60,347 nt of DNA, taken from a virus (Duplodnaviria > Caudoviricetes). The position numbers and the translations under genes were made by a program. The stretch spans positions 1-60,347 of the IMG/VR virus record IMGVR_UViG_3300045107_000842; one strand, written 5' to 3'. The notes under the pieces are model-generated. The model did no database searches. It had not been told where the DNA came from and worked only from the letters and a program-made list of their open reading frames with translations. Below, piece by piece: positions 1-7,635 of this stretch (position 1 is its first letter; the number at the start of each line of letters is the position of its first letter).

Positions 1-150
1 GTGATCATCGCTGCCCTGCGCGAGGAGCAGCCGATGCTCGGCGAGCCGACGGCACGCCGACGCGCCGAGCTGATCGTCGAACGACTGCGGCAGGCCGGGT
101 ACGACCTGGCGCCGCTGCCGGTCGGATGGCCGAGGGACGGCGATCGGTGA
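1..150 (+). CDS. Hypothetical protein, 49 aa (may be 5'-truncated)
   Basis: GTG at 1 reads MIIAALREEQPMLGEPTARRRAELIVERLRQAGYDL...; TGA overlaps the next GTG (GTGA at 147-150). Confidence 0.5.
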   Translation: MIIAALREEQPMLGEPTARRRAELIVERLRQAGYDLAPLPVGWPRDGDR

Positions 151-365
151 AAGATCCCTTTGCCCCAATCTCGCCTGTGCAGCTGCGAGGCGCCTTCGAG
201 GACATCATCCGGGTCGGCATGATCCGGGCTGGCTGTCCAGATCACCTGCGCGCGCCCGAGCTCGCCAGGCGCGTTGTCAACTGGATGGAACGGCAGGGCA
301 TGCGGATCCACCTGCAGCAGCTCGGCAGCACGCGACGCCCGGGCGACGGGCCGCCCGGCGCGTGA
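147..365 (+). CDS. Hypothetical protein
   Basis: Part of ORF 126..365; GTGA coupling at both ends. Confidence 0.55.
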   Translation: MKDPFAPISPVQLRGAFEDIIRVGMIRAGCPDHLRAPELARRVVNWMERQGMRIHLQQLGSTRRPGDGPPGA

Positions 366-646
366 CGCCGGAGCGGCTGGCGGCGACGAAGGCCAAAGTC
401 GAGGAGCTGGCGGCCGCGCTGGCCGGCCGAACGGCGCCTGCAAAGCGGATGGCCGCGGCGCGTGCCGTCTTCCGCCGCATCCGCGCCGAGGACTTCCCGA
501 ATCGCGGCTGCCGGCTGATCTGGCGGGAGCTGTTCGCCAGCGAAATGAACCCCGCCTCGGCGGCCGATGTGACCGCCGACGACGTGAGGCGGCTAGCCGG
601 ACGGGTCGAGGAGATGCGCCGCCTGCTGGCGATGTTTCCGAAATGA
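362..646 (+). CDS. Hypothetical protein
   Basis: 94 aa ORF with high-GC codon pattern, coupled to the upstream gene. Confidence 0.6.
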   Translation: MTPERLAATKAKVEELAAALAGRTAPAKRMAAARAVFRRIRAEDFPNRGCRLIWRELFASEMNPASAADVTADDVRRLAGRVEEMRRLLAMFPK

Positions 647-679
647 ACTCGGCACGTATGCGGCTCGACGGCTCTCGCT

Positions 680-1129
680 TCATCGTCGCTGTCGACGCAT
701 GAAGCGGACCGGCGCACCGTATACGGCGCCCCCGACGTCTTCCGGCGCATTGTGGCTGATATCCTCGAGCGTGCCCATTTTGCTGCTCCAACGGCCATCC
801 GAAAGCTGCCGGGCCGCATGGGTGATCTCAACGGCGAGGCCGTTCATTCTCGCGTAGATGGCAACCTTCTCGAAGCCATCCTCGACCGAGCCGTCAACGC
901 AGGTTTCGTAGCCAAGTGTGGCGAATGCCGCTTCAAACGCAGGTAGGGTGAGGCCGCGCGCGATGCCGCGCGGCCAATATCCCACCCCTCTCGCATCTGG
1001 CCACCACCACCGCCTGTCGTTGCCGGCCGCCCACGCGATGCAGTTGTATTTGTTCGTGCAGGGACTGGTCAGCTGATGATTGTGATCGGTGAGCCGAGGG
1101 TGCTCATGCGCCTTCCAGCTACCCGGCAT
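680..1129 (-). CDS. Putative papain-fold Cys/His peptidase or amidase-like protein (DUF7689-like, recalled)
   Basis: Motifs YNCIAWAAG..WWWP, THAARQL and WSSKMG; lower GC than flanks; ATG at 1129 overlaps the upstream gene end. Confidence 0.7.
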   Translation of the reverse strand: MPGSWKAHEHPRLTDHNHQLTSPCTNKYNCIAWAAGNDRRWWWPDARGVGYWPRGIARGLTLPAFEAAFATLGYETCVDGSVEDGFEKVAIYARMNGLAVEITHAARQLSDGRWSSKMGTLEDISHNAPEDVGGAVYGAPVRFMRRQRR

Positions 1130-1635
1130 ATCCTCGTGCGCGTCCCCATTCCAGCCATGCAAGGCCCATCTGATGGAAATCACCCCGGATTTCGTCCGTG
1201 ACTGGATCTTCTCCGGTCAGAGCCTGGAGAGCCCAGAACCACATATCAGGGTCATTCCCCTCAGCTCGCAGCTGGGCCAGGATTAGCGGCAGCGCCCTAG
1301 GCCCCATGCCGATAATGCGCTGGTAGGCGGGTTGCATCGCCATTTCTTCGATCGAGGACGTGCTGCCTCGCTCCTGGCGCCATTGATGGGCCAGCGCCTG
1401 AAAGAGAAGAGAGGCGGGGACGACGACCTCGACGGGACCGTTCGTCTTCGATCGCTCCCAGCGCGACCAAAGTCAGCGGACGGAAGGCCGATCCCTGCCG
1501 CGATACGGCGACATCTTCGGGCCCGAGCTGGTCGCCCACCATCGTCAGCTTCCACTCTGAGCAGCTATACGCGGCGACCTCCGCCACGAGTGGTGAGCTG
1601 TACTGAACAGCTTGCCCAGCCGTATCGACAAACAT
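1119..1635 (-). CDS. Hypothetical helical-repeat-like protein, apparently frameshifted
   Basis: ATG at 1635 lies 2 nt after the upstream stop and reads MFVDTAGQ...GAIEDE; the natural-looking FQALAHQWRQERGSTSSIEEMAMQPAYQRIIGMG...WFWALQALTGEDPV is in the +1 frame (ORF 1119..1343 is its tail). Confidence 0.65.
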
Positions 1636-1637
1636 GG

Positions 1638-1901
1638 CTACTGTGCCTCTGGCTTGCGCAAGGACTTTTGGACGTGGACAAGCGCGACTTGGGGGTTGCT
1701 CTTCACGACGTAAAGGGGGTTGCCCTCCTCGTCCCATTCGCCGTCGACCCTTAGGACCTGTCCAACCACCTGCTTGACCCTGATCGTCGTTCCGTCGTCT
1801 AGCAGAAGCTCACTCCATCGCTCGGTCGACTCCTGTATCGGAACATCAACACCTTCCTTGGTGGTCCCGTCCGGCAGTGTCCACTTCACCTTGTGCGCCA
1901 T
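1638..1901 (-). CDS. Small beta-rich hypothetical protein
   Basis: ESTERWSELLLDDGTTIRVKQVV...EWDEEGNPLYVVKS; purine-rich RBS (GGAAGGTAGGA) upstream. Confidence 0.75.
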   Translation of the reverse strand: MAHKVKWTLPDGTTKEGVDVPIQESTERWSELLLDDGTTIRVKQVVGQVLRVDGEWDEEGNPLYVVKSNPQVALVHVQKSLRKPEAQ

Positions 1902-1991
1902 GGCCAACGTCCTACCTTCCTTGGTGGTACCGGTGGTAGGAACCGCTCAGCGTCAGGCGCGATCGCGCGCGGTTATGCGGCACCCCTCTCT

Positions 1992-2020
1992 TTTCTAGGC
2001 ATTTCCTAGCCATTCCGCAA
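1992..2020 (-). promoter_or_regulatory. Putative sigma70 promoter for the 680-1901 cassette
   Basis: Minus strand TTGCGG-N17-TAGAAA just downstream of the late-operon terminator. Confidence 0.4.
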
Positions 2021-2034
2021 TCGGCCCCAAACGC

Positions 2035-2067
2035 AAAAAGGGCCGGGCCCCGCGAGGAGCCCGGCCC
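2035..2067 (-). terminator. Rho-independent terminator ending the late/lysis operon
   Basis: Minus strand GGGCCGGGC-loop-GCCCGGCCC followed by TTTTT. Confidence 0.85.
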
Positions 2068-2093
2068 GGACGGCGGCTGAGATAGGGATGGGA

Positions 2094-2288
2094 TCAGCCG
2101 GCGTCGATCTTCGCCTGCAGGCCGCGGATCAGGGCATCCATCGCCGCGCGATCGGCGTCGCTCACGTCGGGACGATTCGGCTGCTGGAGCTGGCTCCGCT
2201 GGGCGAAGAGCTGCTCGACGAAGGGGGCCAGCTGCACGCCGGCCTGCAGGGCGGCCTGGATGATGGCCGCGATCATGACGGGGGACAT
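2094..2288 (-). CDS. Small hypothetical lysis-region protein
   Basis: 64 aa; GAGGAG RBS; amphipathic N-terminus; last gene before the terminator. Confidence 0.75.
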   Translation of the reverse strand: MSPVMIAAIIQAALQAGVQLAPFVEQLFAQRSQLQQPNRPDVSDADRAAMDALIRGLQAKIDAG

Positions 2289-2318
2289 GGGCGTCTCCTC
2301 TCGGGATGGGTGTCTGGG

Positions 2319-3032
2319 TCAGCTCGCCGGCGGCTTGGCGGTCGGCGCCGGCGCTGCCGGTGCCGCCGGCGGGAAGCCGAAGACGGTCAGCAGCGCGGTG
2401 GCGTTGCCGAGCGCGGCCTGGGCCGCGGCCTGGCCGGCCGCGAGGCCGCTCGGGTCGCAGACCCTGCCGGGCGCGTTGCCGACCACGCCGGTCGCTTGGT
2501 CGCGCCAGCAATTGTCGGCGGCCGCGCCATAGGCCAGCACCAGGTCGGTGCCGGCATGGGTGGTGGCCTTGATCTGCGCCCTGACGTCCGGCTTGTCCGC
2601 GAGCAGCGGCGAGCTCTCGGCCGTCCAGGCGGCCGCGATCACCGCGCCCCAGCTCGTCTCGATCGCCTGCGCCTGCTCGCGCGGGCTGAGCGCGGTCGAG
2701 GCGCTGCTGCCGACCGGCGCCGGCGGGCCGAAGAGGTTTCGGAGGGTGTCGCAGCCCGAGAGTGAGCCGGCCAGCAGGACGGCGAGCAGCACCGCGCCGA
2801 TCCGGCCGAGCACCTTGCCGTCCTGGTCGCTGACCAGGTTCTTGAGCAGGTAGGCGACCACCGCCGCGAGCGTCACCCCGCCGATCGTCTTCCAGCTCCA
2901 GGTCGACGGGTCGACGTTGCCGGCGCTGATCGCCTGCTGCGCCGAGGTCAGGATGCTGGTCAGCGCGGCCAGCACCAGGCCGCGCGCGAGGTCGGCCCAG
3001 CCGAGCCGGAAGAAGCCGGATCCGTTCATCAC
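2319..3032 (-). CDS. Holin-like membrane protein fused to a lipoprotein-like domain
   Basis: Two N-terminal hydrophobic segments, then AVLLAVLLAGSLSGC (lipobox-like); AGGAG RBS; lysis-module position. Confidence 0.6.
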   Translation of the reverse strand: MMNGSGFFRLGWADLARGLVLAALTSILTSAQQAISAGNVDPSTWSWKTIGGVTLAAVVAYLLKNLVSDQDGKVLGRIGAVLLAVLLAGSLSGCDTLRNLFGPPAPVGSSASTALSPREQAQAIETSWGAVIAAAWTAESSPLLADKPDVRAQIKATTHAGTDLVLAYGAAADNCWRDQATGVVGNAPGRVCDPSGLAAGQAAAQAALGNATALLTVFGFPPAAPAAPAPTAKPPAS

Positions 3033-3064
3033 AGTCTCCTATCCGAGGTTGAGGGAAGCGCCGG

Positions 3065-4012
3065 CTAGAGGACGGAATCGTCCTCGCGGCGATCGCGGAA
3101 ATAGGCGTGGATGTCGCGGCCGAGGCCCGGCTTGCTGCCCGACAGCTCGATCACGCCGTCCAGGTTGAGGACGGCGTCGTGGGCCGGGTCGTAGCCGTGG
3201 CGGATCAGGATGTCCCAGCGGCCGACATAGCGCCGCAGGTCCTTGTGGCCGTGGAAATGGTGCCGCAGGGTCGTGGCCGGCACGGCGCCGAGGTTGATGC
3301 CGCCGGCGCGCTGCGCCTTGCCCTCCCAGGAGAGCACCATCTCGCGATAGGCCGGCGTCGCCTGGCCATGGACCGAGCGCGCCCCCGCTCCGACGAGCGC
3401 CAGCGCCATGTGCCAGTCGGCCGCGCCGAGCGCCGCCCGGTCGATCAGCCCTCCGACCTGCTCGAGGAAGGAGCGCCGCGCCGCCCAGAAGAAGCCGGTG
3501 TGGCCATAGGCGTAGGCCGGGCCGTCGAGGGCCTGGATCGGCGCGCCCGTCATCCAGAGCCAGGCGAAGGACTGCACGTGGCGCAGGATCTCGCCGCTGG
3601 CGCCGAGGTCGAGCCCGTCCGACCAGGGCTGCACGATGGGGTGCGCCTCGAGCGCGTGCACGGTCTCGATGGCCCAGTCGGGCCGGTCGAGGCTGACGTC
3701 CGCGTCGGCCCAGCCGATGCGGTCGACGTGGCTCGGCACGTGGCGGAAGCCGGCGTTGAGCAGGGCCTCCTTGTGCCAGACCCAGCCGTTCGGGCCGCCG
3801 GTGCACCGGACCTGGATGTAGTCGACGTGCCGGCTGGCCTCGCGCCCCTCGGAGATCTCGAAGGGCCGGTCGCCATGGGCGAGCTCGACGGTGTGGAGCG
3901 CGACGCCGGAATCGAGCATGTGGCGCTCGAAGTCGCGGTAGAGGCGCGGGCGCGAGCGCCAGCGCATCGGGTTGGAATAGGCCGTGACGACGTGCAGCAG
4001 CGAGGCGCGCAT
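3065..4012 (-). CDS. GT-A fold glycosyltransferase-like protein
   Basis: WHKEALLNAG and IGWADADV (DxD) motifs, IVQPWS, GAADWHMA; ATG at 4012 with GGGAG RBS. Confidence 0.65.
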   Translation of the reverse strand: MRASLLHVVTAYSNPMRWRSRPRLYRDFERHMLDSGVALHTVELAHGDRPFEISEGREASRHVDYIQVRCTGGPNGWVWHKEALLNAGFRHVPSHVDRIGWADADVSLDRPDWAIETVHALEAHPIVQPWSDGLDLGASGEILRHVQSFAWLWMTGAPIQALDGPAYAYGHTGFFWAARRSFLEQVGGLIDRAALGAADWHMALALVGAGARSVHGQATPAYREMVLSWEGKAQRAGGINLGAVPATTLRHHFHGHKDLRRYVGRWDILIRHGYDPAHDAVLNLDGVIELSGSKPGLGRDIHAYFRDRREDDSVL

Positions 4013-4058
4013 GGGCGGCTCCCGGTGATCGGAGGTGGTCGGACCCAGACGGCGGGGA

Positions 4059-4523
4059 TCAGCCGGCGGCGATGGCCTGCTGAAAGAGCGGCGTGTTGCG
4101 GACGGGGTCCGCGGCGCCGGCCGGCGTGTTGTACCAGCGCTTGTGATAGGCGCTGAGCGCCGCGGCATCGCCGGCGGCCGGCAGCTCCGCCGGCACGCGG
4201 CGATAGTGCAGCCGGCAGATCGCTGCGGCATAGGCGAGGTTGCTGGCGAGCTGGTCCAGCCGCTTCTGCGGCGTCATCAGCGAGCGGACCGCGGCCGCCA
4301 GGTCGGTGTGGTAGGCGATCCAGACCCAGAGATCGTCATGGGTCGCCGGCTCGCACTGCCAGAGGCCGATCGCCGGGCCGCCGCCCACCTGGTGCAGCCA
4401 GCGGCAGCCGCTCTCGGCGAGCGCGGTGCCGAGCACCAGGTTCTCGGCCGAGACGCCGCCGAGCTGCAGCACCTCGAGCGCCGGCCGCACGACGAAGCGG
4501 CGGAGCTGCGCGAGATCAATCAT
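4059..4523 (-). CDS. Endolysin, lysozyme/transglycosylase-like
   Basis: GTALAESG (catalytic Glu context), GGPAIGLWQCEPAT, AAAICRLHY, KRWYNT. Confidence 0.8.
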   Translation of the reverse strand: MIDLAQLRRFVVRPALEVLQLGGVSAENLVLGTALAESGCRWLHQVGGGPAIGLWQCEPATHDDLWVWIAYHTDLAAAVRSLMTPQKRLDQLASNLAYAAAICRLHYRRVPAELPAAGDAAALSAYHKRWYNTPAGAADPVRNTPLFQQAIAAG

Positions 4524-4965
4524 CGCCGTCGATCTCCTCGCCATAGAACCAGTGCGCGTCCTTGGTCGGCGGCACGCCGCCGGTGCGCTCGATCGCGGCC
4601 GCCGCGGGCTCGGCCGAAGGCGGCTCCGGCTCGAGCCGCCGATCGTCGCGGCCGAGCCGGCGCGCGGCGTAGGCGCGCAGCACCATCGCGCACCAGATGA
4701 CGCTGTCGAGATGGTGCTGGCCGTCGTCGGGGTCGTGCTCCTCGCCGCCCCACCACTTCCAGGCATGGCTCATCAGGGCGCGGAAGATCCGGCCCCAGCT
4801 CATGCCCTTCTCCCAGTTGCGGTCGCCGTACTTCTCGGCGCCGATCCGGAAGACGTGGGCCGCGGCTTCCATGGCCTCCGGCGGGATCAGGTCGTAGCGC
4901 GGCTTGCCGGCATCGTGCTTGACGGCTGGCTCGACCAGCCGGCCGCGGCTCTGCATCGCCGTCAC
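4516..4965 (-). CDS. dATP/dGTP diphosphohydrolase-domain protein (DUF5664-like)
   Basis: KHDAGKPRYDLIP, GAEKYGDRNWEKG, DPDDGQHHL motifs; start GTG 4965 or ATG 4956. Confidence 0.85.
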   Translation of the reverse strand: MTAMQSRGRLVEPAVKHDAGKPRYDLIPPEAMEAAAHVFRIGAEKYGDRNWEKGMSWGRIFRALMSHAWKWWGGEEHDPDDGQHHLDSVIWCAMVLRAYAARRLGRDDRRLEPEPPSAEPAAAAIERTGGVPPTKDAHWFYGEEIDGDD

Positions 4966-5423
4966 GGCAGCAGGATGGCGCGAACGACATGGAGCGCCGC
5001 CTCGAGGGTCGGCACGCGGAAGCCGGTCGCCTCCTTCACCATGCCGTGCTCGTGCGGATTGCCCTCCGGCTCCATGGCGATGACGATCGGCTTGCGCACC
5101 AGGTCGGCCCAGGCGATCTCCATCACCGTGCCGATGCTGACCGCCCTGGCGCCGAGCAGGTTGACCAGCAGCACGTCGCAGCGGGTCGCGTCCCAGCGAT
5201 CGCGCGTGGTGATGCCGCGATTGGTCGACATCACGCTGTAGGGCTCGTAGGCGTCGCCGTCCGAGGTGAACTCGCCGACATGGGCGAGGTACTCCTTCGC
5301 CCGCATCGGCGACAGCGCCTCGATGTCGGGCAGCAGCGCCCGCTTCGCCGCCTCGCGCCAGTCGGTGGCGCCGGCATAGCTCAGCCCGGTGATCGGGCCG
5401 GCCAGGTAGACCGTCTTCGTCAT
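4962..5423 (-). CDS. Nucleoside 2-deoxyribosyltransferase / nucleotide N-hydrolase family protein
   Basis: VYLAGPI, CDVLLVNL, SIGTVMEIAWA...KPIV. Confidence 0.85.
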   Translation of the reverse strand: MTKTVYLAGPITGLSYAGATDWREAAKRALLPDIEALSPMRAKEYLAHVGEFTSDGDAYEPYSVMSTNRGITTRDRWDATRCDVLLVNLLGARAVSIGTVMEIAWADLVRKPIVIAMEPEGNPHEHGMVKEATGFRVPTLEAALHVVRAILLP

Positions 5424-5443
5424 GGAGGCCTCGAGGGCTGGCG

Positions 5444-5686
5444 CTATTTTCCGACCGGACGCTTGTCGAGACCCTTGTCGGCGAGGAGCTCGGCGACATC
5501 GTCGATATGCAGGCAGTCGACCATGCAGGCATAGTCGGTCCCCGGCTGCACGACTGCGATGTTCCCATTGCAGTAATCGTTGCCCGGGGTTGCGCTGTGC
5601 AGGACCCCAAACGACACGATCTTGCCGCCCTCGAGCTTCACGACCTTGTCGCCATTCTTGGCTTCGCGGCCATTTCTGTAGTGCAT
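5444..5686 (-). CDS. Hypothetical protein (MHYRNGREAKNGD...)
   Basis: 80 aa; strong GAAGGAG RBS; somewhat lower GC than neighbours. Confidence 0.75.
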   Translation of the reverse strand: MHYRNGREAKNGDKVVKLEGGKIVSFGVLHSATPGNDYCNGNIAVVQPGTDYACMVDCLHIDDVAELLADKGLDKRPVGK

Positions 5687-5722
5687 CTCAACTCTCCTTC
5701 GGTGCTGATAGACCTGGAAAGG

Positions 5723-5989
5723 TCAGGCCGTCGCCGGCGGCGTCGGCTCGCTGTCGGCCTGCTCGCTGGCCGCTGCGCCGATCTCGAACTTGGCCAGCTC
5801 GAGCGCGCCGATCATGCTGAGGGTCGTCCAGTCGCCGCCCCAGCGTGTGCGGTGAGCGCCGGCCTGGTCGACGGTGACGACGAGCAGCCCGGCGATCGCC
5901 TCGGTGCGCAGCTCCTTGACCAGGCCCTGGGCGAGCTCGACGCAGTCGGGGTGCGCCGCATAGAGGCGGCGCGGGCCGTCGCCGCTCAT
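5723..5989 (-). CDS. Hypothetical protein
   Basis: ATGA overlap with the upstream gene; SMIGALELAK helix. Confidence 0.65.
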   Translation of the reverse strand: MSGDGPRRLYAAHPDCVELAQGLVKELRTEAIAGLLVVTVDQAGAHRTRWGGDWTTLSMIGALELAKFEIGAAASEQADSEPTPPATA

Positions 5990-7311
5990 GCCGCGAGCTC
6001 CACCCACTTCGCTGCCGTCGCGGCGGCCCGCGGCGCCTCGACGTTGACCGGCCAGTGGCAGGTCACGCCGTGCTCGGGATGCACGAACCAGAGCGCCTGG
6101 CGCGGCGTCTCGGGCGCGGCCCGCAGCGCGAGCTTGGCGAACTCGTCGTACCCCTTGAGGCTGCCGTTGACGATGACCCGCTCGAGCGGCAGGTACTGGT
6201 GCCAGTGGCCGATGATCAGCGTGTCATAGGGCTGGCCATAGCTGGTGTTGGCGTTGCGGATCTTGAAGTCGCCGCGCAGGATCGGGCCTAGGCTGCCGAT
6301 GATGCCGTCGCCGCCCTTGACCCCGAGATTGTCGCCGTGGGTCAGCAGGAATCGCCGGCCGGCCACGGAGTAATAGGCGTCGGCACCGCTCGGCACGTAG
6401 AAGCTGACCCGCTTGTCGCCCTGGAAGTGGCGCTCCAGCAGGTTGTAGAGCAGCCAATCGAAGTTGCTGTGCGCCCGCCGCTTGAATCGCGGCTTGCGGG
6501 TGTTGCGGCCGTGGTTTCCGGGCACGCATGGGACGAAGATCCTGCCGAAGGCCTCGGCCATCGATCCAAGCGCCCAGACCAGCACGCCGAACAGGTCGAG
6601 GAGGGCGGACATGGAAGGCAGCTCGTTGGTCTCGGTCAGCTCCTCGTGGATGTCGCCCGACAGCATGTCGCCGCCGAGGTTGATGACGATCCCGGGATAC
6701 TCGGCGCCGACCATGTAGTGCTTCGCCAGCCGGATTGTCTTCTCGACCAGGGCGCGGGCGCGGCGTTGGGCAATCGCGATGTCGAACTCGTTGATGCCGT
6801 TGACCTCGGCCGGGACCACCACCTCGCCCCAGTGCCAGTCCGACCACATGGTGCAGGGAACGCCGGCGGTGCCGGCCTTGTGCTTGGTCGAGACCACCCA
6901 GCCCGGCGGGTCGACCGGCGCGTCGCGCAGGCCGAAAATGTGCCGCCGGACGGTCTCGGCGGTGAGGTTGTCACGATGGATCGCCTTGAGCTGCGATTCC
7001 AGCTCGCGCACCCGGTCGGTCAGCCCGGTGAGCTTGCGGGCCTGCGGATCGGCCGCCGGCGCGATCGCCTCGGTCTTCGTCTCCGGCGGCGTCCACAGGC
7101 TCCAGTCGGGCTTGAGGCCGTAGTGGCGTTCGTAGACCGAGAGGTTCTGCGACAGCGTCGGCCGGCGCAGGCCGAGCGCATCGGCCGCGACGGCGACGGC
7201 GCCGAGCTGCTTGCCGGGCGTGCCGGGCGGAGGATAGCCAGCCTTGAGGGCGCGCTCGATCGCGCGGATCCGGCGGCGAACCTCGGTCCGGCTGAGCGTG
7301 GGCTGCGCCAT
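5986..7311 (-). CDS. Calcineurin-like metallophosphoesterase with N-terminal HTH-like and coiled-coil region
   Basis: SDWHWGE, GGDMLSG, GNHGR, HGD and GHWH metal-binding motifs in canonical order. Confidence 0.85.
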   Translation of the reverse strand: MAQPTLSRTEVRRRIRAIERALKAGYPPPGTPGKQLGAVAVAADALGLRRPTLSQNLSVYERHYGLKPDWSLWTPPETKTEAIAPAADPQARKLTGLTDRVRELESQLKAIHRDNLTAETVRRHIFGLRDAPVDPPGWVVSTKHKAGTAGVPCTMWSDWHWGEVVVPAEVNGINEFDIAIAQRRARALVEKTIRLAKHYMVGAEYPGIVINLGGDMLSGDIHEELTETNELPSMSALLDLFGVLVWALGSMAEAFGRIFVPCVPGNHGRNTRKPRFKRRAHSNFDWLLYNLLERHFQGDKRVSFYVPSGADAYYSVAGRRFLLTHGDNLGVKGGDGIIGSLGPILRGDFKIRNANTSYGQPYDTLIIGHWHQYLPLERVIVNGSLKGYDEFAKLALRAAPETPRQALWFVHPEHGVTCHWPVNVEAPRAAATAAKWVELAA

Positions 7312-7625
7312 CAGTTGTGCACCGGGGCGGGCCGCGACTGCTCGATCAACCGGTCGAGCTGGTCGCGCATGCGCGAGATCTCGCTGGCCTCGCTGCGGAT
7401 CTGCTCGGTGTGCTGGGCGCCGAGGGTCACCAAGCCGCCGAGGACGTCGATCTGCTTGGTCAGGCGCGCGTCGTTGTCGTCGACCCGCTGGCTGATCCCG
7501 CCCATCCAGTAGAAGGCCATCAGGATCGGGATGCCGAACGGTACCGCCATGAACATGCCGACGCGCCCGATCAGCGCCCAGCTGTGCTCGCGCTTCTCCG
7601 GGTCCATCTGCTCGAACACCGCCAT
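7311..7625 (-). CDS. Single-TM coiled-coil membrane protein (possible lysis accessory)
   Basis: One hydrophobic segment then a heptad-like helix; GGAGG RBS; TGATG coupling. Confidence 0.65.
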   Translation of the reverse strand: MAVFEQMDPEKREHSWALIGRVGMFMAVPFGIPILMAFYWMGGISQRVDDNDARLTKQIDVLGGLVTLGAQHTEQIRSEASEISRMRDQLDRLIEQSRPAPVHN

Positions 7626-7635
7626 CGCCCCTCCC

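Noticed and set aside
4516-4965. Z-genome (2-aminoadenine) or other base-substitution pathway suggested by the dATP/dGTP diphosphohydrolase
   Set aside because: No PurZ-like synthetase, queuosine-pathway genes or phage DNA polymerase in the window
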